A stretch of 64,000 nt of DNA, taken from assembly GCA_945871065.1 (NCBI GenBank), contig CAMBUL010000005.1:1011-65010 (forward strand), written 5' to 3'. This stretch comes from Chthoniobacter flavus. Lineage in GTDB: Bacteria > Verrucomicrobiota > Verrucomicrobiia > Chthoniobacterales > JACTMZ01. Shown one piece after another: positions 9,837-18,385 of the stretch (within the stretch, counting starts at the first letter, position 1; each line of letters starts with the position of its first letter). The notes under the pieces were generated by a model. That model saw nothing but the letters and a program-made list of their open reading frames with translations, had not been told where the DNA came from and ran no database searches. The translations under genes and the position numbers were made by a program.

Positions 9837-11054
9837 GTGTCCGCCACCCCGACTCCCCAAATCGCGATCACCGGCCTCGGCTGCGTCACCGCCTTGGGCG
9901 GAGATGCGACCTCGACCTGGGAAGCACTCCACACCGGTCGTTCGGCACGTGGCCCCCTGACCGCCATCGCCGTCGACGGTTGCCGCGTCACCGAAGGGGC
10001 AGAAGCAAGCCTCCCCTCTTGGCCCTCGTGGCCGGAAAAACGCCTGCGACGACTCAGCCGCTCGACCCGTCTCGCCCTGCCGGCCGTCCGTCAGGCCCTA
10101 AGCGAAGCCCGCTTGCTCGATGCGAATGACCGCTGCCTGCTGCCCCGACTCGAAATGTCGGTCAGCACCACGGCCTGCGGCATGGAAAAGGGCGAAGAAT
10201 TCCTCCGCGCACTCTGGAGCAAGACCCGCACCGGCCAATCCGCGCGCGTCGCCCAATACCAGTCTCAAGCTCAGACCGGCGCGATTCATGATCTCTTCGG
10301 TTTCGACGGACCGGTCATGACAGTGGCCAATGCCTGCGCCGGTGGCGGCAATGCCATCGGCCACGGCGCGGACCTTATCCGCAGCGGGATGACGGATATC
10401 GTCCTGGCCGGCGGCTACGAGGCGCTGAGCGAACTCGTCTTTGCCGGTTTTGACGGACTCCAGTCTCTTGCACCAGAGGCCTGCCGTCCCTTTGACCGCG
10501 GACGCCGTGGACTCATGCTCGGCGAAGGCGCCGCCTTTCTTGTGCTGGAAAATGCCGGCCGTGCGCGTGCGCGCGGCGCGAAGATCCTTGGGTATCTCGC
10601 TGGCTACGGCCAGACCACAGACACCCACCACCTGACCCGACCTGCCCCCGACGGCGCTCCGCTCGAACGCGCCATGCGGCGCGCACTCGAACAAGGCCGG
10701 ATCAACGCGTCCCAAGTCGGCTACGTCAACGCCCACGGAACCGGGACACCTTTCAACGACGGAGCCGAAGCACAGGCTTTCCACCGCGTCTTCGGTGCCG
10801 GCCAAACCAAACTCAGTTCGACCAAAGCCGCTCTTGGCCACACCCTCGGCGCGGCCGGTGCCATCGAGGCCGTTCTTTGTCTGTTTGCCCTGCAAAGCGG
10901 ACAACTCCCGCCGCAGATCAATCTTCTCGATCCCGAACCCCTCGTCGCCACGGCCCTCGTCGGGGTTGGCGAAAAAGCCGACCTCTCCGCCGCAATGAGC
11001 GTGAACCTCGGGTTCGGCGGATCCAACGCCGCAGTCCTTTTCACCCGCGCATGA
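9837..11054 (+). CDS. beta-ketoacyl-ACP synthase (KAS I/II type)
   Basis: GTG start. The Cys-His-His triad is seen in context: ANACAGGGNAIG, NAHGTGTPFND, LGHTLGAAGAIE. Confidence 0.85.
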   Translation: MSATPTPQIAITGLGCVTALGGDATSTWEALHTGRSARGPLTAIAVDGCRVTEGAEASLPSWPSWPEKRLRRLSRSTRLALPAVRQALSEARLLDANDRCLLPRLEMSVSTTACGMEKGEEFLRALWSKTRTGQSARVAQYQSQAQTGAIHDLFGFDGPVMTVANACAGGGNAIGHGADLIRSGMTDIVLAGGYEALSELVFAGFDGLQSLAPEACRPFDRGRRGLMLGEGAAFLVLENAGRARARGAKILGYLAGYGQTTDTHHLTRPAPDGAPLERAMRRALEQGRINASQVGYVNAHGTGTPFNDGAEAQAFHRVFGAGQTKLSSTKAALGHTLGAAGAIEAVLCLFALQSGQLPPQINLLDPEPLVATALVGVGEKADLSAAMSVNLGFGGSNAAVLFTRA

Positions 11055-12019
11055 ACCTTTCCCTCCTCTCCGCGGGCGGCGTCACGCCCGCTGGTCTCGG
11101 AACCGATGCGATCACCGCGCCCTGGCCGGTCACCGCCACGCACTCCCACGGGGGCGTCCCCGTGCAAGCTGGCCTGATCGAACAAAAAGATCCCTCACTC
11201 CTCCGCTGGCAACAGGAACCCCGCCTCCGCCGCGCCAGCCCGATCACCTACTTCATGATCGAGGCCGTCGAGCAGGCCCTTCAAGGCGCTCCGCACCTTG
11301 ACCGCGATCGCACCGGGGTCGTTGCCTCTTTTTTCCTCGGTTGCCTCGTTTACAGCGTTCGTTTCTACCGCCAGATCACCGAGGAAGGACGCCGCTTTGC
11401 CAGTCCTGTCCTCTTTCCCGAAACGGTTTTCAACAGCCCTCTCAGCCATGTGGTCGCCACGCTCGGCCTCGGGGGGCCGGTCTATTCGCAGATCGGGGAC
11501 AAAACCTGCTGGGCCTCCTCCCTCCGCACCGCGCAGTGTTGGCTCGCCAATGGCGACTGCGACCACGTGATCGTCCTCGCCGCCGAGGAGTTTGATCCGC
11601 ACGAAGTCGACGCCTTGCATTCCGGAGGTCTCCTGCGTGGCGGCCTGCAACCGTGTGAGGGCGCCATCGCTTTGTTGCTCGGTCCCTCCGCGAGCGGCCC
11701 CACGATTGGGGCCATCGCCGATGGCTATGACTTTCGCACCCGACAAGAAGTGTTGGAAGCCGCCGAACGTTGTCTCGCCGAATTCTCGCCGCCCACCCCC
11801 CTGCTCGATACCGCCACCGGATGGACCCGCACCGCCGCAGCCAAAATAGGCCGCTCCATCATCGGACCAAAAGCCACGCTTACGGAAGGCTTCACCCTCT
11901 CGGCGGCCGCCGACACCATGCGTGCGCTCGACATCGTGGCCTCCGGGCAATCTCCCGAAGTCATTGTCCCCGTCTGGGGCCTGACCCGGCAGGTCGCGGC
12001 CTACCGCGTTACCGCGTAA
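11051..12019 (+). CDS. ketosynthase-like partner protein (chain-length-factor-like; lacks the HGTGT and GH motifs)
   Basis: The ATG at 11051 overlaps the KS stop (ATGA), so the long upstream extension in the ORF track (10877) is rejected. Thiolase-like N-terminal half (RASPITYFMIEAVEQAL, PVYSQIGDKTCWASS), but no C-terminal His motifs are visible. Confidence 0.6.
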   Translation: MNLSLLSAGGVTPAGLGTDAITAPWPVTATHSHGGVPVQAGLIEQKDPSLLRWQQEPRLRRASPITYFMIEAVEQALQGAPHLDRDRTGVVASFFLGCLVYSVRFYRQITEEGRRFASPVLFPETVFNSPLSHVVATLGLGGPVYSQIGDKTCWASSLRTAQCWLANGDCDHVIVLAAEEFDPHEVDALHSGGLLRGGLQPCEGAIALLLGPSASGPTIGAIADGYDFRTRQEVLEAAERCLAEFSPPTPLLDTATGWTRTAAAKIGRSIIGPKATLTEGFTLSAAADTMRALDIVASGQSPEVIVPVWGLTRQVAAYRVTA

Positions 12020-13590
12020 TCCAAGACCTCGGGCCCCGCAACGACGGCGGGTTCTTCCACCACCTCTTGCTTTCTTCGTCCCCACGAACGCCATCCCTCG
12101 GTCAACTCCAGCCACGCCCAACCGGCCAACCCGCCCGCAATAACTTTGAGCAGATAAGGCACGCGGAAATTGAACCCCGGGAAAAGATCCCGCTGCCGCG
12201 CGTTGCTCCGCCCGAAGGTGCCGTTCCTCCGGCGCTCCCGCGCCATGGCGGCAAAGCGCCGGTTGTAGCCTCGCATCAAGGCAAAGAAAGGACCCGCCTC
12301 CCGCGCCGCATAGGGCGGCTCGGCGAAACCCTCCGTTCCATCGGAAAACACCGGACGCGCGACAAACAGATAGTAAAGACCGATATCCAGCCGGAAAGCC
12401 AAACGCATAATGTCATAGTCGCCCAAGTAGTCGTATTTGTCCTCGTAAAGCGCCTCGAACATGCGGCGGTAGCTCGTCGTAAAATCCCCGTTGTGCTTGG
12501 CCAGCAACGGAGCAAGGTCCTCGCCAGCCCGCCAAGCCCGGATCAAGCGCACCGCGCCGATCGCCGTGAAAGCAATCCAATCCATGCCCGGACTGTAAAG
12601 CGGATCGAGAAAGGCCGACGCGTCGCCAGTCAGGACAAAGCCGTCCCCCGCCTGCAGCCGCGAGCAATAGGGCAGATTGCGCCGGAAATGGACGTCACCG
12701 CCGACGAACTCCGCACCTGCCATCATCTCCCGGGCCGCAGGGTGCCGGCCGAGAAAATCACGCAACTTTTCCCCGACCGGCATCTTGTCTTCCGGCCAAT
12801 CGGCGCAACGCTGGTCCAAGACCACGCCGATACTCGTGTCGCCGCCTTTCAACGCGATCCACCAAGCCCACCACCCGTCACCCGCGATGTGGTTTGTCGC
12901 GGTGCCGCGGATACCGACATACGAACCCTGCCAACCCTCGTGCCGGCCGGTCAGCTCCGCCGCATCCCAGTCCCCGGCCCCGCGCCAACGTGACCACGCG
13001 GAAAGCGTGCGATGACGCGTGTTGGGCTCGAGCCAATCGTTGGCTCTGGCCAGCATGGCCTTGATCCCCGAGGCATCCACCACCCAACGGGCCCGAACCG
13101 TTCGCGCACCGGCCACCGTCTTCACCTCGAGGGTCTGATAACCGCCGGAAGCCAAGGCAACGGACGCCACCGTAGCCGGACGCCAAACCTCCGCACCCGC
13201 TTCTTCCGCCCGCCGGAGCACTTCTTCGTCCACCACCGAGCGGTCGATGAGGAACGATGGAACGGCGGACAAATACCGCCCACCGATTTCCGAACAGTCA
13301 CCGAGATCCTGCGTCTCGCGGTTGGCGAACCAAAAGCGCAGACCGTTCTTGGTCAGCTGCGTCTGCGTGAGAAACTGCGTCAGCCCGAGCACGCGGCACA
13401 AAAAATAGGCACTCACTTCGACCGTTGCCTCACCGACGCGACGCTTGAAAGCCTCGTTCTTCTCGATCACCACAATCCGCAGAGCGGGATCCTCGCGCCG
13501 GAGCAGAAGCGCCGCCGCCGCGCCACTCAGCGCACCGCCGATCACCGCGACGTCACACTCGGTGATCGCCTCTGCCGCTGTCTCTTTCAT
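12001..13590 (-). CDS. FAD-dependent halogenase-like oxidoreductase (tryptophan-halogenase family-like)
   Basis: VAVIGGALSGAAAAL dinucleotide fold, KRRVGEATVE (GEAT motif) and a degenerate WxWxI(P->A) motif (GWWAWWIAL). The start was taken at M 13590; the ORF extends to 13629. Confidence 0.65.
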   Translation of the reverse strand: MKETAAEAITECDVAVIGGALSGAAAALLLRREDPALRIVVIEKNEAFKRRVGEATVEVSAYFLCRVLGLTQFLTQTQLTKNGLRFWFANRETQDLGDCSEIGGRYLSAVPSFLIDRSVVDEEVLRRAEEAGAEVWRPATVASVALASGGYQTLEVKTVAGARTVRARWVVDASGIKAMLARANDWLEPNTRHRTLSAWSRWRGAGDWDAAELTGRHEGWQGSYVGIRGTATNHIAGDGWWAWWIALKGGDTSIGVVLDQRCADWPEDKMPVGEKLRDFLGRHPAAREMMAGAEFVGGDVHFRRNLPYCSRLQAGDGFVLTGDASAFLDPLYSPGMDWIAFTAIGAVRLIRAWRAGEDLAPLLAKHNGDFTTSYRRMFEALYEDKYDYLGDYDIMRLAFRLDIGLYYLFVARPVFSDGTEGFAEPPYAAREAGPFFALMRGYNRRFAAMARERRRNGTFGRSNARQRDLFPGFNFRVPYLLKVIAGGLAGWAWLELTEGWRSWGRRKQEVVEEPAVVAGPEVLDYAVTR

Positions 13591-13652
13591 GCCTTGAGGA
13601 GAATATGTGTCTCGACGTGAAGCACGCAATCGTGCAATTCCCCGCCCTCCGC

Positions 13653-14618
13653 ATGCGCAAACACTGGCTCCTCATCCTCCAAGTCGCGCTATCCTTCTTC
13701 CTGCTCTGGAGGATCTTCGGCCACCCCACCCTGCGCCAGGAAGCGGCGCGGTTGCTCGGGGAGGCCGATCTCGTCTGGCTGCTGGGCGGGCTCTTCACCG
13801 CCTTACTCACCGAGTTTCTCTGCTCCGTGAGGTGGTGGCTCATGCTCCGGATCTTCGGCGTACCCGTCGGATTCGGCAGAACCTGCGCCTTCGCCGGAGC
13901 CGGACTTTTCTTTTCCCTCGGACTCCCCGGTTCCGGCGGGGGCGATGCCTTCCGCATTATCTATGTCATGCGTCTTCATCCGACGCGCAAACTCCGAGCC
14001 GCTCTCTCGGTGCTGGCCGACCGCCTGTGCGGACTTTTCGCCTTGCTGCTCACCGTGGTCTTTCCCGTCTTGCGCTATGCGCAATTCGCGGCGCATCCCG
14101 AATCCTACGCGATCCTTGCCGCCGCCGGTACCGTGCTGGTTATCGCCGCCTTGCTTGTCCTCCTCTGGTGGTTGACCACCTGGCCCAGCCTCCACCAAAA
14201 GTGGATTCATCTCGCCCCGGCCAAGATTCGCCCCCAAGCCGTGCGACTCGGGCACATCTTCGCGTGGATGGGTCGTCGCCCTCAACCGGTTTTCGCCGCG
14301 ATCGCGCTCTCCTATGGCGCCCTCTTGGCCCATTTCACGACCTATTGGTTCAGCGTCCGCGCCTTCGGCCTGCCGCTTTCGCCCGGCGACATCTTCGCCA
14401 TCATGCCGCTGGTCGACACCCTCACCATGCTGCCCGTGACCCTTTACGGCATCGGACTACGGGAAACGCTCTTCGAATATCTGCTGGGCGGACTCTTCGG
14501 CGTCGCCCCGGGGGCCGCCACGCTGGCCTCCCTTGGGGGCTTCTCCCTCCAAGCCGCCGTCGCCCTCCTCGGGGGTCTCCTTATTCCCTTCACCGCTCCG
14601 CGAAAAACAACTGCTTAA
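13653..14618 (+). CDS. flippase-like / lysylphosphatidylglycerol-synthase-TM-like integral membrane protein
   Basis: Polytopic hydrophobic protein (about 8 TM segments by eye). The start was taken at ATG 13653 (MRKHWLLILQVALSFFLLW); the ORF begins at 13605. The family call is from general resemblance only. Confidence 0.5.
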   Translation: MRKHWLLILQVALSFFLLWRIFGHPTLRQEAARLLGEADLVWLLGGLFTALLTEFLCSVRWWLMLRIFGVPVGFGRTCAFAGAGLFFSLGLPGSGGGDAFRIIYVMRLHPTRKLRAALSVLADRLCGLFALLLTVVFPVLRYAQFAAHPESYAILAAAGTVLVIAALLVLLWWLTTWPSLHQKWIHLAPAKIRPQAVRLGHIFAWMGRRPQPVFAAIALSYGALLAHFTTYWFSVRAFGLPLSPGDIFAIMPLVDTLTMLPVTLYGIGLRETLFEYLLGGLFGVAPGAATLASLGGFSLQAAVALLGGLLIPFTAPRKTTA

Positions 14619-16075
14619 ACGCGTCGGACTTTGCCGCTGGCCGTGCGTGGCAACTCACTCACCATCTGGTAGCGCACGGGAATTTTATACCCGGCCAACC
14701 GCCTGCGGCAATGAGCCGACAACTCGCCATCAGTCGGCGGAAAGGTCCCGTCGACCGGCAAAATGTCCGCCACCGGTAACATGCCCCACCGCGCATGCTC
14801 CTCGCCATGAACCCGCGCATCAACCACCCCCTCATGCCGGCGCAACACTTCCTCGATCTCCTCGGGGAAGCACTTGCTCCCGCCGACATTGATCACGGAC
14901 TTCAGCCGGCCGACCAACCGGATACTGCCGTCCGCTTCCTGCCGCGCCAGATCACCCGTGTGAAACCACCCGTCGGCCATGACCTCCTGCCGCGGACACC
15001 ATGGTGACAAATAGGCGTCAAACATACCCGGGCCGCGCAGACACAATCCACCTTCCCTGCCGTTCCCTTCCAACCGCAGTTCGAAATCGTCCGGCCGGCC
15101 GACCACCATGGAGTCTTCACCCGACGTGCTCAACAACGGCAAGCCCGCTTCGATGATGCCGAAGCCCTGCGCCAAGCGGACTCCGTAGCGACGGACAAAA
15201 GCTCCGGCCGTTTCCGGCGCCAACGGCGCGGCGGTCGAAACCGCCAGACGCAACCCGGGCCAATCCCGCTCGGACGCCTCGGCCGCGAGCAACGCCGCTT
15301 GGAACGGCGATCCATAAAAGACCGTCGCCCCGTATTGGCAGGCGGCTGTCAGCAAATCACCGGCCAAGGATCCCTCCGGCAGCACCACGGTCGCGCCTTC
15401 GCGCAAATACAGCAAAATCGACACCGCGAAATGATGCGCCATCGGCAAGGTCCACAACACACGGTCGGTTCCGCCGATCCCCAAGCGCCGGTTCGCGGAA
15501 TCCAAACGCTCGCGCAATGTCCCATGCGATAGCACCACCCCCTTGCTCGCGCCGGTTGTTCCGGAGCTGAAACGAATAAAAGCGGGACAAACGCTCTCGA
15601 AATCCTCCACCGGAAAACATGGCTCTTCCGCCGCCAGGCGTTCCCACCGCAGACCACCGCCGATCTCATGGCGCTCCGACTCGTCGGCCGCCCGCTCCTG
15701 ACCTCCCTGCGAAAGCACGCCGTGCAACGCCGTCGTTCGGGCCAACATCGAGCGCTCGTCCGCCGGCAGTTCCCCGGCCACCGGCACCGCGCACCCCCCA
15801 GCCCTCATCACCGCCAACATGAGCACCGCATGCTGCACTCCATCCGGACAACGCACCCCGATCCGCGCCACACCCTCGGCGGGGAACCCCGGCAACCGCA
15901 CTATCACCGTCGCCCACCTCTCCACTTCGGCCACCAGACGGCCGAAGGATAATTCTCCGTCACGCCCGACAAAGGCCGCCCGCTCTGGCTCCTCCGCCGC
16001 CCGGGCGAAAATCGCCTCCACAATGCTGTCCGATAACGCTTTCACGGATCGCACAGACTGAACCGTCCGCGCCAC
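14615..16075 (-). CDS. AMP-dependent synthetase/ligase (acyl- or aryl-adenylating enzyme)
   Basis: Adenylate-forming motifs FSSGTTGASKGVVLSH, GWFHTGDLA, YKIP and SGKVRR. Confidence 0.85.
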   Translation of the reverse strand: MARTVQSVRSVKALSDSIVEAIFARAAEEPERAAFVGRDGELSFGRLVAEVERWATVIVRLPGFPAEGVARIGVRCPDGVQHAVLMLAVMRAGGCAVPVAGELPADERSMLARTTALHGVLSQGGQERAADESERHEIGGGLRWERLAAEEPCFPVEDFESVCPAFIRFSSGTTGASKGVVLSHGTLRERLDSANRRLGIGGTDRVLWTLPMAHHFAVSILLYLREGATVVLPEGSLAGDLLTAACQYGATVFYGSPFQAALLAAEASERDWPGLRLAVSTAAPLAPETAGAFVRRYGVRLAQGFGIIEAGLPLLSTSGEDSMVVGRPDDFELRLEGNGREGGLCLRGPGMFDAYLSPWCPRQEVMADGWFHTGDLARQEADGSIRLVGRLKSVINVGGSKCFPEEIEEVLRRHEGVVDARVHGEEHARWGMLPVADILPVDGTFPPTDGELSAHCRRRLAGYKIPVRYQMVSELPRTASGKVRRV

Positions 16076-16090
16076 CGCTTCAATCCGCGA

Positions 16091-17392
16091 CTACTGCGCC
16101 CCCAGCAAGTCGGCCCGTATTGCGGACCACATCAAGGCCCGTTCGTCCGCGGACAAAACACCGTCCCGCCAGCAGAGCGAGGCCGTCAACCGCCCCTCCC
16201 GCTCGCTGAAAAACAGTCCTGTCCCCGGCGGTTGCGGCACCGAAGGCACATGCCAACCGTCCACGATCGAGCCACCGCAAAACTCCCGTACCCCCGGCAG
16301 AAATTCTCCGGTGTGGGCGTGATAAAAGGAAGCCAGCTGCCCGGAAGCCTCGCGCCGCAAAAATCGCCGGTAAAGCGGCGCCGGCAAGCGACGCATCCAG
16401 TCGATCATGACGAGAAACGCCCCATCGAACTTGTCACGCGTCATCGCCGCGAATTGTCCGTGTAACGCCCGCGCCGTGTCCTCCACCGAGGCCGGATCCG
16501 GCAGCGGCCGCGCGAAAAACAACTGCGACACCTGATTTTGAAAGATCGGCCCGCGCGCTCCCCTCTTCCGTCCCTGCACCGAAATCGTACATTCCAGCGA
16601 GCCGTTCTCTTGTCCCCGCGCCCGGAACACGGCGGCGTGCGCCCGCATCGTGACCGCGAGAAACCACGGCAAGGCGAAGATCCCGCCCGTCACCGGATCG
16701 GCCCGCCGTTTCATGGCCGCCGTTTCCTCACGGGAGAATCGCACCGCTTCGAAACAAGCCCGGCCCGCGCGCGCCGGCGCCCCGCCCAAAGAAACCACCC
16801 GCTCGGACCGCAAAGACCAATACCGCTCGAGAAAAGGCCGCACCGCGCGAAATTCTTGCCACCATGACCGGTGGCGCGCAAAGGGCAGCGCATGGGAATT
16901 CACCTCCGGCTTGGCCGGCACCTCTTCACCCAACCGCGCCACCTCGGCCAAAACCAATTCCACTCCGCGCGCATCGAGCAGCAAATGACTCCAACTCATC
17001 AGCACGACGAAACCTTCGCTCGCCGGCCACACGTCGAAGCGCAGTCGGCCCGGCCACTGGCCTTGCAAACGCTCTTCGGCCAACCCGCGCCAGTCTGCGC
17101 CGGCGGGATGAATTTCGACCGCCACCTCGGCCGTCTGGTCGCCACGCCACACGGGCACCGCTCCCGGCAGTCCGCGCTGCAACTTGGCGCCAAGGATGGG
17201 CTGACTCTCGGAAAACCTCGCCGCGGCCTCCCTCAAACGCTCCACCTCGAACCCGCGTCCCACCTCCAACACAGTCACCCCGACATGACGGCCCTGCCCG
17301 GACCGCTCCATCAGATCCTCGAGCGCCAGCAGGTAGCAGTCGCACCCGCCCAAGGGCGCGCGCAGCTTGGCGCGGGACGGACTCGGCGTCAT
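16091..17392 (-). CDS. condensation-domain-like acyltransferase (HHxxxDG-superfamily, variant SHLLLDA)
   Basis: 433 aa with MSWSHLLLDARGVE at the position expected for the HHxxxDG catalytic motif of NRPS C / PapA5 / WS-DGAT type enzymes. The start overlaps the ACP stop by 4 nt. Confidence 0.55.
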   Translation of the reverse strand: MTPSPSRAKLRAPLGGCDCYLLALEDLMERSGQGRHVGVTVLEVGRGFEVERLREAAARFSESQPILGAKLQRGLPGAVPVWRGDQTAEVAVEIHPAGADWRGLAEERLQGQWPGRLRFDVWPASEGFVVLMSWSHLLLDARGVELVLAEVARLGEEVPAKPEVNSHALPFARHRSWWQEFRAVRPFLERYWSLRSERVVSLGGAPARAGRACFEAVRFSREETAAMKRRADPVTGGIFALPWFLAVTMRAHAAVFRARGQENGSLECTISVQGRKRGARGPIFQNQVSQLFFARPLPDPASVEDTARALHGQFAAMTRDKFDGAFLVMIDWMRRLPAPLYRRFLRREASGQLASFYHAHTGEFLPGVREFCGGSIVDGWHVPSVPQPPGTGLFFSEREGRLTASLCWRDGVLSADERALMWSAIRADLLGAQ

Positions 17393-17646
17393 GCCGGCGC
17401 GGCGCAGCGCCGCACCATGGCAGCCAGACTGGAAGCCGTGGAAAAATTATCCCGGGTCACCGCGGATTCCGGCACCCTCACCCCGAAGCGTTCCTCGATC
17501 GAAATCATCAATTGCATGATACCCATCGAATCAAGACCCGCCGCGAACAAATCGGTCTCCACCGTCAGCGGTGCGCCGCCCTCAAATAACTTCTCGCGCA
17601 CCAAGCCCAACAGAGCGTCCTCAAGATTCGCGGGTAATCCGTGCAT
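17389..17646 (-). CDS. acyl carrier protein
   Basis: 85 aa with the phosphopantetheine site AGLDSMGIMQLMISIEERFGV. Confidence 0.8.
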   Translation of the reverse strand: MHGLPANLEDALLGLVREKLFEGGAPLTVETDLFAAGLDSMGIMQLMISIEERFGVRVPESAVTRDNFSTASSLAAMVRRCAAPA

Positions 17647-17666
17647 GGTTTCCTTGCTCGCCGATC

Positions 17667-17699
17667 AAGCAAAAGGCCCGCGAGATAAATCCGCGGGCC
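17667..17699 (-). terminator. intrinsic terminator after the pentapeptide-repeat gene
   Basis: 8-bp GC stem GGCCCGCG (17675-17682) / CGCGGGCC (17692-17699) with a 9-nt loop, followed on the minus strand by TTTTGCTT. Confidence 0.5.
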
Positions 17700-17719
17700 C
17701 TGCTTGGAATTGGCAAAAA

Positions 17720-18277
17720 TTATTGCGCTGCTTTGGCCCCCGCCTTGACCGGGTCGAAGCCCGCCGGGAACTTGGTCTTCGCATCGTAGATGGCGTCATC
17801 CCATTCCAGATCGACCATCGGTTGCTTCATTTTCGAAAGATCCGCACCCCGCAGGTCGGCCCGCTGGAAATTCGCCCTTTTGACATCGACCAGATTTTTC
17901 GACCCGCGCAAATCCGCCCCGCGGAAATTCACCGAGTTAATGTGCGCGCCCGCAAAGTTCACGCCCTCGAGGTTCGCGCCATTCATCGTGCAACGGTAGA
18001 AATTCGTCCCCGGACCAAAAACCGCACCTTTCATGTTCGCTCCGGCCAGATCGCACTGCTCGAATGATGCATCGGTGAACTTCATGCCTTGGAAGTTCGT
18101 GCCGTTGAGCCGCGACTGGTGGTAATTGCCGGTCACCTTAGGCTTGCCGGTGAAATCGTGGCCCGAAAACCACTCGCGGACGTATTTGGGGATATCCAGC
18201 GGATTTATCGGTGCTGCTGCCTCTGCCCAAGGGGCGAGGGCAACCACGGAGAGGAGGACGAGAGGGATGGCTTTCAT
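17720..18277 (-). CDS. secreted pentapeptide-repeat protein
   Basis: The internal ATG at 18277 gives a signal peptide (MKAIPLVLLSVVALAPWAEA). Tandem A(D/N)LxG-type pentapeptides follow (ANLEGVNFAGAHINSVNFRGADLRGS...). Confidence 0.8.
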   Translation of the reverse strand: MKAIPLVLLSVVALAPWAEAAAPINPLDIPKYVREWFSGHDFTGKPKVTGNYHQSRLNGTNFQGMKFTDASFEQCDLAGANMKGAVFGPGTNFYRCTMNGANLEGVNFAGAHINSVNFRGADLRGSKNLVDVKRANFQRADLRGADLSKMKQPMVDLEWDDAIYDAKTKFPAGFDPVKAGAKAAQ

Positions 18278-18385
18278 AAGATCTGTTGATCGCACGACAA
18301 CACCCCGCGCGCAACCCATTTCACGGCCGACACAGTTTGCCCACCCCTCTGGGTGGGGCCCACAAAGCATCGAGCTTTCTTCCGA

